Positions 38,066 through 46,791 are shown, counted from the first letter of the stretch. The stretch: DNA of 54,247 nt from Chloroflexia bacterium (GCA_038230695.1 JBBRMT010000003.1:1-54247); one strand, 5' to 3'. The notes: generated by a model from the sequence alone, not told the origin. A program made the numbers and translations.

Positions 38066-39448
38066 CTAATGATACTGCCAAAGGCGGAGATTGTCAAATA
38101 AATCAGGATTATTTTTACTCAGGGCTTCAGCGTAAACAGCCTCCACTTGTGGCACAACCACAGACGTGCTGAAGGTGGCTTTGGCGTGGGCGAGGGCCGC
38201 TGCGCCGAGGCGATCGCGGAGATCGGAGTCGGCTTCGAGGCGGGCAATGGCGGCGGCGAAGGATGGCAGATCGGCGGCTAGCAGGCCGGTTTCGCCATCG
38301 CGGATGATGTCGGGCGTGCCGCCGGTGTTCATCGCCACTATCGGCAGGCCGAGGGCGCTGGCTTCGAGCAACACGCGACTGAGTGGCTCAGGCCAGGCCG
38401 AGGGGAAGAGTAGTCCACTCGCCCCCCCCATCTGGCGTAGCGCCTCATCGTTGGGCAGCCAGGGAGTGATGCTCAGGCCCACACCCGCCGCCTCCGCCGC
38501 CAATTCGAGCGACTCGCGTAGCTTGCCATCGCCCAACACCTGGGTAGTCCACGCGCTGCGGGCCGCCGCCAACGCAAGAACGAGCAACTCCGCGCCCTTA
38601 TTCGGCTCCAGCTTGCCCGCGAAAACCCAGTGGGAAGCATGAGGCATGATGGATGAGGAATAAGGTGAGGGTGCTTCGGTAGGGGCGAACCGTTGTTCGC
38701 CCTGGTCGCCCCCATGTACTATCTCGGACAGCGCGACGAAATCAATCATATTTGGCACGACGCGCACGCGGTCGGCGGAAACGTAGGGGCGTAGGCGGTT
38801 GGCTGCGTAGTTGCTAACCGCGATTACCCGATTGCTACGGGCCAGCCAGCGGCGCTTCAGGCGCAGGTTGGCCTCCATGTACGGTATTAGCGGCCAGCCT
38901 AGCATCCCCTTTATCCCCGCGATATGTATTAGCCCACGCGCTAGATCGCGGGTGGTGCAACCATGGCAGGCGATGTCTCCGTGCCGCAGCGTGCCGAAGT
39001 AGCAGAGCGCCCACCAGTCGCGGATGGTGCTGACTGAGGCGATGCCTGCATCCTCTGCCGCCATCACGGCGGGTGGGATGCTGAGGCCATTCTGCCCATG
39101 CACAATGTCTATGCGTTCGCGGCGGATAAGGTCGCGTAGGAAGCGGCGGAAACCAGCGTAGAGCCGTTCGTTGCGCTGATAGTTGGTCAGGATTGGCAAC
39201 TTGATCGGCAGTTCGCGGTGGGCATACTCATGCACGGCAAAGCCGTCATAGTCGGTCAGCAGGTTGCGAGTTGCCCCGATGCGCGGGCGGGCTACCACTA
39301 CGTAATGCCCGCACTCACGCAACGCCCGCGCCAGGTAGTAGCTGCTCCACCCGCTGCCACCGCACCTGGGGGGGAACACGTCCGTCGCGATCAAGATCCT
39401 CGTGGGAGTTTTGAGTTTTGAGTTTTGAGTTGTGAGTTGTGAATTCAT
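38066..39448 (-). CDS. Glycosyltransferase family 4
   Basis: FPP..GG, IAVS, FAGKL..NKG and PSAWPEPLSRVLLEA...G.P motifs. The N-terminus is encoded by a heptamer tract. Confidence 0.9.
   Translation of the reverse strand: MNSQLTTQNSKLKTPTRILIATDVFPPRCGGSGWSSYYLARALRECGHYVVVARPRIGATRNLLTDYDGFAVHEYAHRELPIKLPILTNYQRNERLYAGFRRFLRDLIRRERIDIVHGQNGLSIPPAVMAAEDAGIASVSTIRDWWALCYFGTLRHGDIACHGCTTRDLARGLIHIAGIKGMLGWPLIPYMEANLRLKRRWLARSNRVIAVSNYAANRLRPYVSADRVRVVPNMIDFVALSEIVHGGDQGEQRFAPTEAPSPYSSSIMPHASHWVFAGKLEPNKGAELLVLALAAARSAWTTQVLGDGKLRESLELAAEAAGVGLSITPWLPNDEALRQMGGASGLLFPSAWPEPLSRVLLEASALGLPIVAMNTGGTPDIIRDGETGLLAADLPSFAAAIARLEADSDLRDRLGAAALAHAKATFSTSVVVPQVEAVYAEALSKNNPDLFDNLRLWQYH
39406..39445. repeat. 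Heptamer tandem repeat (GAGTTTT/GAGTTGT)n at the GT4 5' end
   Basis: Read directly; encodes NSQLTTQNSKLKT. Confidence 0.8.
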
Positions 39449-40650
39449 AAGCTCATACCTCGTGCCTCATGCGTCATGCCTACCATTATCTCTTCCAATG
39501 CGCGACAGTGTTCCTGCCAACTGTATTTTTCCACTACCCGCTGGCGGGCGGATGCGCCCATTGTGGCGGCGTAGGCATGGTCGGATAGCAGCGAGGTGAG
39601 GCGATCGCGTAGAGCAGTGACATCGCCAGCGGGATAGAGCAGGCCATCAACACCGTCACGGATAATCTGGTCGAGGGGAGTAATGTCAATGGTGATGGTG
39701 GGCAGCGACATCGCCATATACTCGAAAATCTTGAGCGGCGACCAGTAGAAGCCGAATAGCCTCAAGGCTTCGTGCGTCGCCGGGTTGAAGGGCGCGACCC
39801 CCACGCTAGCAAGGGCAAGATATAGCGGCACCTCATCGTAGGAGACAGCGCCAGGGCTGATGAAGCGGTCCGCCAGCCCCACGCCCATTGCCTGCACCTC
39901 GCCGCACAGCGGCCCGTCGCCAAGAAAGAGGAAGGCAGGATCCGGCCAGGTTCTGGCAAGCTGAACGGCGGCGGCGGCGAACTGATCCACCCCGTGCCAG
40001 TGGCGAAAGCTGCCGCTAAAGACTGCCACCGGCTGCCCTTCGCGCAAGCCGAGCCGCTGTCGCAGTGCGGCAAGCTCCGCGCCCTGTTCGCTTATTACCC
40101 GCTGGCGGTCGAACTGGGCAACGTTTGCGCCCCATGGCAACTCGCAGATCTTGTCGCGCTGGGGCAATAGTTGGGGAGGCACCGTGCTGGCAAGCGGGGT
40201 GACAATGCGCGAAGCGAGGCGGCACTGCCGCGCTGCCCATCGTTGCAAAGGGTGGCCGAACCGCCGATCCAACTTACTCTTGCGACTAGCTGGCGGGTCC
40301 ACAATAGGGGCGTTGATTTCGAGGATGCTGGGGATGTGCTTGCGAGTAGCGGTGAGGATGCCCGCGCCCGCGAGGTTGTAGTAACGCTCCATGATAATGT
40401 CGGGGCGCATTTGGTGAGCAAGGCGGCGGACGCTGGGGTAATAGAGCAGTCCCGCCGCCTTGCCCCAGCGCAGGCGATGGAAACGCGCCCCGCCGATAAT
40501 CTCATTATCAGGCTGACCACCCGCGTGCATGGTAACCACTTCGACCTGATGGCCGCGATTGGCGAGGCCACTCGCCACTTCCAGAACGTGGGTCGCGCCA
40601 CCATGCGCCCCAGGTGCGGTAATACCCGCCGCCACATAGAGGATACGCAC
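39445..40650 (-). CDS. Glycosyltransferase family 4
   Basis: Likely GTG start at 40650 (RILYVA). FSGSF..WHG, LGDGP and SPLKIFEYMA motifs. Confidence 0.9.
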   Translation of the reverse strand: MRILYVAAGITAPGAHGGATHVLEVASGLANRGHQVEVVTMHAGGQPDNEIIGGARFHRLRWGKAAGLLYYPSVRRLAHQMRPDIIMERYYNLAGAGILTATRKHIPSILEINAPIVDPPASRKSKLDRRFGHPLQRWAARQCRLASRIVTPLASTVPPQLLPQRDKICELPWGANVAQFDRQRVISEQGAELAALRQRLGLREGQPVAVFSGSFRHWHGVDQFAAAAVQLARTWPDPAFLFLGDGPLCGEVQAMGVGLADRFISPGAVSYDEVPLYLALASVGVAPFNPATHEALRLFGFYWSPLKIFEYMAMSLPTITIDITPLDQIIRDGVDGLLYPAGDVTALRDRLTSLLSDHAYAATMGASARQRVVEKYSWQEHCRALEEIMVGMTHEARGMSL

Positions 40651-40651
40651 G

Positions 40652-41848
40652 CTACTCGGCCCGCAGCAGGATGAAGAACGGCCCGGTACGCATTCGGCCA
40701 AAGAACACCAGATCGAGCAGCATCACGCGGGTAAGACCCTGCAAACCAGCGCGATATAGCCCGCCCCGCGCGATCTGGCGCTTGGCCTCGCGGCGGGCCA
40801 ATTCAGCAGCGGCATCATGTTCCGGCTCCAACGCGTGTTCGTGAGCCGCTTCGCCAAAGCTATCGCCAAAGTCGTTGTGCTGGTGGGCGACCGCAGCTTG
40901 CAGTGCAGCTTTGCGGCGGGCGCGAGCTTGCGCCCTGGTCAGCACCGATTCGCCCAGCTTGGCGATCACATTTTCGGTCAAGCTCTGGAATACGCCGTTC
41001 CAGAAGATTACCCGCTCTAGCTGCAACCCGCTCTCGTCAACCACCTCGCGCAGTTGGTCAAAGGTAGCCACATCCTTCACATGGTCGGACTTGCGAAGGC
41101 GGTCGCGGCGGAAATCAGCCAGCCCCACCCGCTCCAGCCCTTTGCCCACCACTCGTGACCCGCTGATTAGCGGTTGCAACAGCGAACGTTCGCGGGTGTT
41201 CGAGTAGATCATCGCCCGTCCGCCCGGCTTAAGCACCCGCCTTATCTCCTTGAACATTTGCACCACGTCGGCAGTGGTAAGGTGTTCCATCACATCGAGC
41301 GAGAATACCGCGCTGAAACTGGCGGTAGCAAAGGGCAGGGCGCGGGCATCGGCCTGGGCCAAATCCACAGCGTTAATCGCCTCGGCGGCGAATAGCGGAG
41401 CGGGGTCAATGCCCACCATGTGATTGACGCGGCGGCGATTCCAGAAAGCAAACTTGCCGTTGCCGCAGCCGATCTCCAGCGCGGCATCGTTGGCCCGCAA
41501 CTGCAGCAAGCGGCGCAAAGTCACGTTGCGTACCCCCGCGCCGAGCAGCGGCTGGCTGATGTGGCGATAATCCAGCGCCGCCTCAAACTCATGCTGATGG
41601 GCCACATAGTCGGAGGTATGCGCGAACTCGCCGCCCGCCGCAAAGTTTGCCCCCTGTGGCATCAGGCTAAGATACCCTTCCTTGGGGTTGTAGGGATAGC
41701 GGCGGCCACACTCGGCGCAGGCTAGCGCATAGCCTTCACTGGTGTGTTCCAGGGTGAGGCTGCCCCAGGCACGGGCATCTATCATCGCTGGCACGCGGGC
41801 TATGCAATCAGGGCAACGCACAATCTTCAGCAGCTTCTCGGAAATCAA
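40652..41848 (-). CDS. Class I SAM-dependent methyltransferase with N-terminal Trm112-like zinc ribbon
   Basis: LLKIVRCPDC...LACAECGRRYP, LEIGCGNG, DARALPF, DVMEH and RVLKPGG motifs. Confidence 0.85.
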   Translation of the reverse strand: MISEKLLKIVRCPDCIARVPAMIDARAWGSLTLEHTSEGYALACAECGRRYPYNPKEGYLSLMPQGANFAAGGEFAHTSDYVAHQHEFEAALDYRHISQPLLGAGVRNVTLRRLLQLRANDAALEIGCGNGKFAFWNRRRVNHMVGIDPAPLFAAEAINAVDLAQADARALPFATASFSAVFSLDVMEHLTTADVVQMFKEIRRVLKPGGRAMIYSNTRERSLLQPLISGSRVVGKGLERVGLADFRRDRLRKSDHVKDVATFDQLREVVDESGLQLERVIFWNGVFQSLTENVIAKLGESVLTRAQARARRKAALQAAVAHQHNDFGDSFGEAAHEHALEPEHDAAAELARREAKRQIARGGLYRAGLQGLTRVMLLDLVFFGRMRTGPFFILLRAE

Positions 41849-41889
41849 AACTGGCTCCCTCGTAATTAGGCATGGATAAAAGCATGACT

Positions 41890-41918
41890 AGTATAAGAAA
41901 CGCTGGGGGCGATGTCAA
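41890..41918 (-). promoter_or_regulatory. Sigma70-type promoter for the methyltransferase-GT4-GT4-fur operon
   Basis: TTGACA-17nt-TATACT on the minus strand. Confidence 0.7.
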
Positions 41919-41988
41919 GCTAGCAAACGGGTTGCGAGAGTAGCTACGACTATTTATCCAGGAGCCGCCCCCTGGCTTTCTGCCTGCC

Positions 41989-42076
41989 TGACCTCCAACT
42001 GACCATATTGACCTCGATTTGACCCCTCATTCAACCCTCGGATGACCTTCCGCCCATGATATGCCCTAGCTATCAT
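41989..42076 (+). promoter_or_regulatory. Phased TGACC direct-repeat array with candidate -10 (TATCAT) upstream of the peptide gene
   Basis: TGACC at 41989, 42000, 42009, 42020 and 42043, with a degenerate CAACC at 42032. TATCAT at 42071. Confidence 0.6.
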
Positions 42077-42135
42077 TAGCTCAGTTGATAACTTCAACTG
42101 CCAATATTTCACGGTTCATAGAAAGGAGATTCACA

Positions 42136-42282
42136 ATGCTGAAGAAACTGTTCTTCGCCCTGCTGCTAGCCTTCGCGCTGGCAACCGGCATCTTCGCCGG
42201 GCTGGGGCAAGACAACCATAGCGTTATCAGCGTTACCCATGCTGGCGCTTGTCCCATCGAAGACCCCGATTGTCCCGACTAA
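42136..42282 (+). CDS. 48-aa secreted peptide precursor with C-terminal C-x6-C motif (putative signalling peptide)
   Basis: GAAAGGAG RBS, then MLKK, a hydrophobic core, a polar linker and GACPIEDPDCPD. Confidence 0.75.
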   Translation: MLKKLFFALLLAFALATGIFAGLGQDNHSVISVTHAGACPIEDPDCPD

Positions 42283-42307
42283 CGTAGCGCAACGTGGGTA
42301 GTACGTG

Positions 42308-42333
42308 CAACCCTGGCGTCAGAACCAGGGTTG
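42308..42333. terminator. Hairpin between the convergent peptide and TPR genes
   Basis: CAACCCTGG-8nt-CCAGGGTTG, with an outer GTGGG/CCCAC pair. Confidence 0.6.
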
Positions 42334-42345
42334 TATATCATCCCA

Positions 42346-43533
42346 CTACAAGTATCGCCATGACGGATTACGAAGGTAGCAAGCAAGTATCAATTTTTGC
42401 GCCGCCCGTTGATAATCGCCTGCTTTTATCAGCATCCGGCCATATGCAGAAAGCAACTCCATATACTTCACCTGATCGCCACTCTGCTGCATTATCTCCT
42501 CAGCCGCCGTGAGGATGGCATCTGCCTTTTCGTAGTTACCCCCCTGGGCATAAACTTTAGCCAGCATCTGCTGGGACTGGGCCACATCAAGCGAAGCAAC
42601 CCCCAGCGCATAAGCCTGCTCCAGCGTCTGCTCGGCGATATTGAGCGCTTCTGACAAGCGTCCGAGGGCCAGATACGACTCCGCAAGGTTGCCCTGGGCA
42701 ATGACCAGTGCGGTGCTATCCTTAATCTGCTCACTCAAGAAGATCGCGTGTTTCAGTTCGCGTTCACCAGCCAGGGGTTGATTCAACTCAATCAGGATCA
42801 TACCATACATCCCCGTGACTTTGGCAAGGAACGAGTCGATCGGTTCTTGCTGCTGAAGGCGCAGCGCCTCACCGATCTCCACCTTCGCTACACCGAGGTC
42901 GCCCTGGTAATAGTATGCCAAACCCAACCCCCAGCAAACCGAACCCACCAATTTGCTGCTCTCGAAGTCGGAAGCCATATCCAGCGCATCATGGTAGTGA
43001 CCTGCTGCATTCTTGAAGCGGCCCTGACGCAAAGTGGCATTGCCCAGGCTATGATTGACATAAGCCTTGAGTTTACGGTCATCAATCTCGTGGTCATCGA
43101 ATGCGTTCCAGGTTTGCAGGAAGTATTGTTCCGCATCCCAAAACCGACGGTTACGATAATGGAAAACGCCCAGGCGATAGCGAATGTAGGCGAGGGGGCG
43201 GCGGGCCTTCAGTTGCACAGCAAGCTGCAGTGAGTGGATAAGATCCTTATGTGCGGTATCCATTTGGCCCAGGCTCAACTTCAACCAGCCCTGCAGGTAG
43301 TGACAGCGCATCTGCGTTCGCTGATTCAGGCTATCTAGCGGCAGTGAATCGAATAGCGCCTGCGCCTCATTAAAGCGTTTACTATCCAGCGCAGCTTGGA
43401 TCTGGTCGAGGACAGCGCCAAACTCACCTTTATCCTTGCGACTACGCTCGGCTTCGTGCCGCCACTCGGCATATTCGGCTTCATCACCATAAGTTTCATC
43501 GTAATCGTCGTAGTAGTTATTAAGGTTATCCAT
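42346..43533 (-). CDS. Tetratricopeptide repeat protein (RRNPP/Rap/NprR-like TPR array, no obvious HTH)
   Basis: AGGAGG RBS before MDNLNN. About 8 helical repeats with LG..Y...G....A...Y..AL patterns. Confidence 0.82.
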   Translation of the reverse strand: MDNLNNYYDDYDETYGDEAEYAEWRHEAERSRKDKGEFGAVLDQIQAALDSKRFNEAQALFDSLPLDSLNQRTQMRCHYLQGWLKLSLGQMDTAHKDLIHSLQLAVQLKARRPLAYIRYRLGVFHYRNRRFWDAEQYFLQTWNAFDDHEIDDRKLKAYVNHSLGNATLRQGRFKNAAGHYHDALDMASDFESSKLVGSVCWGLGLAYYYQGDLGVAKVEIGEALRLQQQEPIDSFLAKVTGMYGMILIELNQPLAGERELKHAIFLSEQIKDSTALVIAQGNLAESYLALGRLSEALNIAEQTLEQAYALGVASLDVAQSQQMLAKVYAQGGNYEKADAILTAAEEIMQQSGDQVKYMELLSAYGRMLIKAGDYQRAAQKLILACYLRNPSWRYL

Positions 43534-43712
43534 CCACTTCCTCCTTTTACTGCTGCGTATTATACCGCATAATTGCTGCCCCGTGGTGATAGCAATGTGA
43601 CTACGCATTTCGGCGTATTTTCCTTGTGACAGGCCAGCGAGTATGGTATCATATGCTATATGATTCTGCATACATGGATGCCCCTCAGTCGGAAAGGAGC
43701 CAACCCCGACTA

Positions 43713-45629
43713 ATGCGTACTCTCTCCACCCTGTTGCCCTACCTACGCCGCCACCGCCTGCCGCTTACCATCGGCGTTCTAGGGTCGCTGGCCGATACCT
43801 TCCTCCGCCTGGTGCCAGCCTACCTGCTGGGGCAGACTATCAACCTGATCACCGCCAATCAACCCCAGAGCGAGGTGCTGCCTTACGTCTGGTGGATAGT
43901 TTTGTTCGCGGTGCTGGATGGGGTTGCGGTCTTCACCCAGCGTTACATGGTATCACTGGTGTCGCGGCGCATCGAATATGAGTTGCGCGGCGACTTCTTC
44001 GCACATCTGCAAACCCTCGACTCCGCCTTCTATAAGAACCTGCACACCGGCGACCTTATGGCGCGGGCTACCAATGACCTCAACCAGATCCGCATGATGA
44101 TGGGGCCAGGGGTCAACGGCCTGATCAGCACGCCTGCAACCTTCCTGGTGACGCTGGCCTTCATGTTTGGTATCAACCTCAAGCTGGGGCTAATCGTGCT
44201 GGTGCTGATGCCGCTGGTTACGGTGGTATTCTACCTGCTCAATGGGCGGATGCGGCGACAATATACCAAGGTTCAGGCCCAATTCGCCGAACTCAGCACC
44301 CGTAGCCAGGAGAACCTGAACAGCATCCGCGTAATCAAGGCTTACGGCCAGGAGCAGGCGGAGACTAAACGCTTCGCCGCCGCTAACGCCCTATATATCA
44401 AGCACAATCTGGTTTATGTGTTGCTCTCAGGGTTGCTATGGCCGCTGTTGGGGATGCTGCTGGGTATTACCACTGCAATCGTGCTGGTGGTGGGTGGCGG
44501 CGATGTAGTCACCGGCCAGCTAAACCTCGGTCAGTTTGTGCAGTTCAACCTCTATCTCGCGCAACTGGGCTGGCCGATGATCGCCATGGGCTGGACGCTG
44601 TCGCTGATACAGCAGGGGCTTGCCAGCCTGAGTCGACTCGACGAGGTTATGCGCCGTCAGCCGCACATCTATGATGACCCCGCCAAGCTGCAGCCTGCCG
44701 CGCAACCTATTCGCGGCGAAATAGAGTTCAGAGATGTTACGCTCACCTATGATAACCTGCCCGTGCTGGCAAACGTCAGTTTCCATGTGCCAGCCGGTAG
44801 CAGCCTGGCGGTAGTGGGCGCAACTGGCAGCGGCAAGAGCAGCCTGGTCAATCTTATGGCCCGCGTCTACGACCCGCAGGAAGGCACAATCTATGTAGAC
44901 GGGCGCGAGATCAGCGCCATCCCGCTGGACGAACTGCGCCAGACGATCGGTTATGTGCCGCAGGACAACTTCCTCTTCTCGGTGCCGCTACGCGACAATG
45001 TGGCCTTCGGCCTGCTCGATGAGCAGAGCAGCCAGCAGCGGGTTATAATCACCGCCCGCAACAGCACCTTCCTGCCACGCAACAGCAGCGCGGCCAACCA
45101 CCTGCCGCTGTTTCACTGGAACGTAAACCTGGAAAATGACCCGCTCCGTGCCTTGCGCGAACTTGACCCCGAACAACGCCAGCGCATTGAGCAGGGAGTG
45201 GAAGTGGCGCGGTTGAGTAAGGATCTGGAGCAATTCCCCCAGGGGATTGACACCATGATCGGCGAGCGTGGCGTTACCCTCAGCGGCGGGCAGAAGCAGC
45301 GCACTGCGATTGCTCGTGCCATCGTCCGCGATCCCGCCATCCTCATCCTCGACGACTCGCTGTCCAGTGTGGATAGCGGCACCGCCTCGGAGATCCTGGC
45401 CGGGCTGCGCGAGGTGATGAAGCAGCGTACCAGCATCATCATCGCCCAGCGCATCGCTACGGTGCAGAACGCCGACCAGATCATCGTGCTGGAAGATGGC
45501 CGTATCGTGGAGCGTGGCAGCCACATGGAGCTAGTCGCCCTCGGTGGCCGCTACACCGCAATGTACCGCCGCGAGTTGCTTGCACAGGAACTCGATGTCG
45601 AACCCGAAGTGGCCGCCGGGATTAGCTGA
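43713..45629 (+). CDS. ABC exporter, fused TMD+NBD (MsbA/YheI-like)
   Basis: GAAAGGAG RBS. TGDLMARATND, GATGSGKS, YVPQ, LSGGQKQR and ILILDD motifs; the H-loop reads IAQR. Confidence 0.93.
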   Translation: MRTLSTLLPYLRRHRLPLTIGVLGSLADTFLRLVPAYLLGQTINLITANQPQSEVLPYVWWIVLFAVLDGVAVFTQRYMVSLVSRRIEYELRGDFFAHLQTLDSAFYKNLHTGDLMARATNDLNQIRMMMGPGVNGLISTPATFLVTLAFMFGINLKLGLIVLVLMPLVTVVFYLLNGRMRRQYTKVQAQFAELSTRSQENLNSIRVIKAYGQEQAETKRFAAANALYIKHNLVYVLLSGLLWPLLGMLLGITTAIVLVVGGGDVVTGQLNLGQFVQFNLYLAQLGWPMIAMGWTLSLIQQGLASLSRLDEVMRRQPHIYDDPAKLQPAAQPIRGEIEFRDVTLTYDNLPVLANVSFHVPAGSSLAVVGATGSGKSSLVNLMARVYDPQEGTIYVDGREISAIPLDELRQTIGYVPQDNFLFSVPLRDNVAFGLLDEQSSQQRVIITARNSTFLPRNSSAANHLPLFHWNVNLENDPLRALRELDPEQRQRIEQGVEVARLSKDLEQFPQGIDTMIGERGVTLSGGQKQRTAIARAIVRDPAILILDDSLSSVDSGTASEILAGLREVMKQRTSIIIAQRIATVQNADQIIVLEDGRIVERGSHMELVALGGRYTAMYRRELLAQELDVEPEVAAGIS

Positions 45630-45648
45630 TTTTGGATTGTGCAGCAAA

Positions 45649-45788
45649 AAGCCCCCAGCGGGGGTTGGGGGAGAATCTTGACCAAGCTAGATGCTCATCG
45701 CAGTTGTTTAGCCTTTCAATGTGGGTTAGTGCTTGCGATTAGCATGGCTACGTTGCGAACTTCTCCCCCAAACCCCCGCTGGGGGCTT
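45649..45788. mobile_element. ~140-bp MITE/REPIN-like element, copy 2
   Basis: AAGCCCCCAGCGGGGGTTGGGGGAGAA ... TTCTCCCCCAAACCCCCGCTGGGGGCTT. Confidence 0.7.
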
Positions 45789-45843
45789 AGTTAATCAAAG
45801 GCGCTAGTTGTGATCCCACGCTCAAAAATCGGTGACTTGCTGT

Positions 45844-45869
45844 GTAGGGGCGCAGATTTATCGCGCCCT
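45844..45869 (+). repeat. GTAG-family REP palindrome
   Basis: GTAGGGGCGCAGATTTATCGCGCCCT. Confidence 0.85.
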
Positions 45870-45965
45870 GGTGAGCGTGCGATGCGCTCGAACTAGCGCC
45901 TTTGATTAGTTATCTTCAACTTAGGTATCACTCATGCTTGTTGCTTATCCAAGCAAGGGGAGCAG

Positions 45966-46601
45966 ATGGGCAAACCGCTAATCATCGGCGTGGCGGGTGG
46001 CACCGGCAGCGGCAATACCACCGTGAGCGCAGCGATCGTGTCTACAGTAGGCAACCAGCAGGTGGCGCTTTTGCAGCACGATGCTTACTACAAGGATAAC
46101 TCGCATCTACCGCTGGAGCAGCGCCGTACGGTCAACTATGACCACCCCGATGCGCTGGAAAATGACCTGCTCATCGCCCACCTTCGCACCCTCAGCGCCC
46201 CTAATCCCATGCCCATTGCCTATCCCCGCTACGACTTCGCCACCTATGTGCGATTGCACGAGGTTACGATTGTCGAACCCCGGCCAGTCATTGTAGTAGA
46301 GGGTATTCTCATATTCGTGGATAGAACTCTTAGGGATATGTTTGATATTAAGGTGTTCGTGGATGCCGAGGCCGACATCCGCTTTATCCGTCGTTTGCAG
46401 CGCGACATCAGCGAACGAGGGCGCAGGGTGGAGCAGGTGATCGCCGAGTATATGCGTACCGTGCGCCCAATGCACATGGAGTTTGTTGAGCCTAGCAAAC
46501 GCTACGCTGACGTAATCATCCCGCGTGGCGGTCACAATCGCGTCGCGGTGGAGATGGTGGTAGCGCGGGTGGTGCGCGAACTGGCAGCGCGAACAATGTA
46601 A
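45966..46601 (+). CDS. udk: Uridine kinase
   Basis: IIGVAGGTGSG, D.YYKD, NYDHPDA, EGIL, R.IRRLQRD..ERGR and VRPMH..FVEPSKRYAD motifs. The P-loop Lys is Asn. Confidence 0.92.
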   Translation: MGKPLIIGVAGGTGSGNTTVSAAIVSTVGNQQVALLQHDAYYKDNSHLPLEQRRTVNYDHPDALENDLLIAHLRTLSAPNPMPIAYPRYDFATYVRLHEVTIVEPRPVIVVEGILIFVDRTLRDMFDIKVFVDAEADIRFIRRLQRDISERGRRVEQVIAEYMRTVRPMHMEFVEPSKRYADVIIPRGGHNRVAVEMVVARVVRELAARTM

Positions 46602-46650
46602 ACACACGAGTTAGCATAATTTATTGAGCGCAGAGGATCTGTAAGACCCT

Positions 46651-46791
46651 AAGCCACCAGCGGGGGTTGGGGGAGAATCTTGACCAGTACATATGCCTTT
46701 GATAACTGTATTCAGATGATCGCTGAGTTGATGCTAACAATTGACATGATCGAAGTTGCGAGATTCTCCCCCAAACCCCCGCTGGTGGCTT
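46651..46791. mobile_element. ~140-bp MITE/REPIN-like element, copy 3
   Basis: AAGCCACCAGCGGGGGTTGGGGGAGAA ... TTCTCCCCCAAACCCCCGCTGGTGGCTT. Confidence 0.7.

Noticed and set aside
42136-42282. RiPP (lanthipeptide/ranthipeptide) precursor
   Set aside because: It has a Sec-type hydrophobic leader rather than a RiPP leader. No modifying enzyme is adjacent, and the ABC exporter lacks a C39 peptidase domain.
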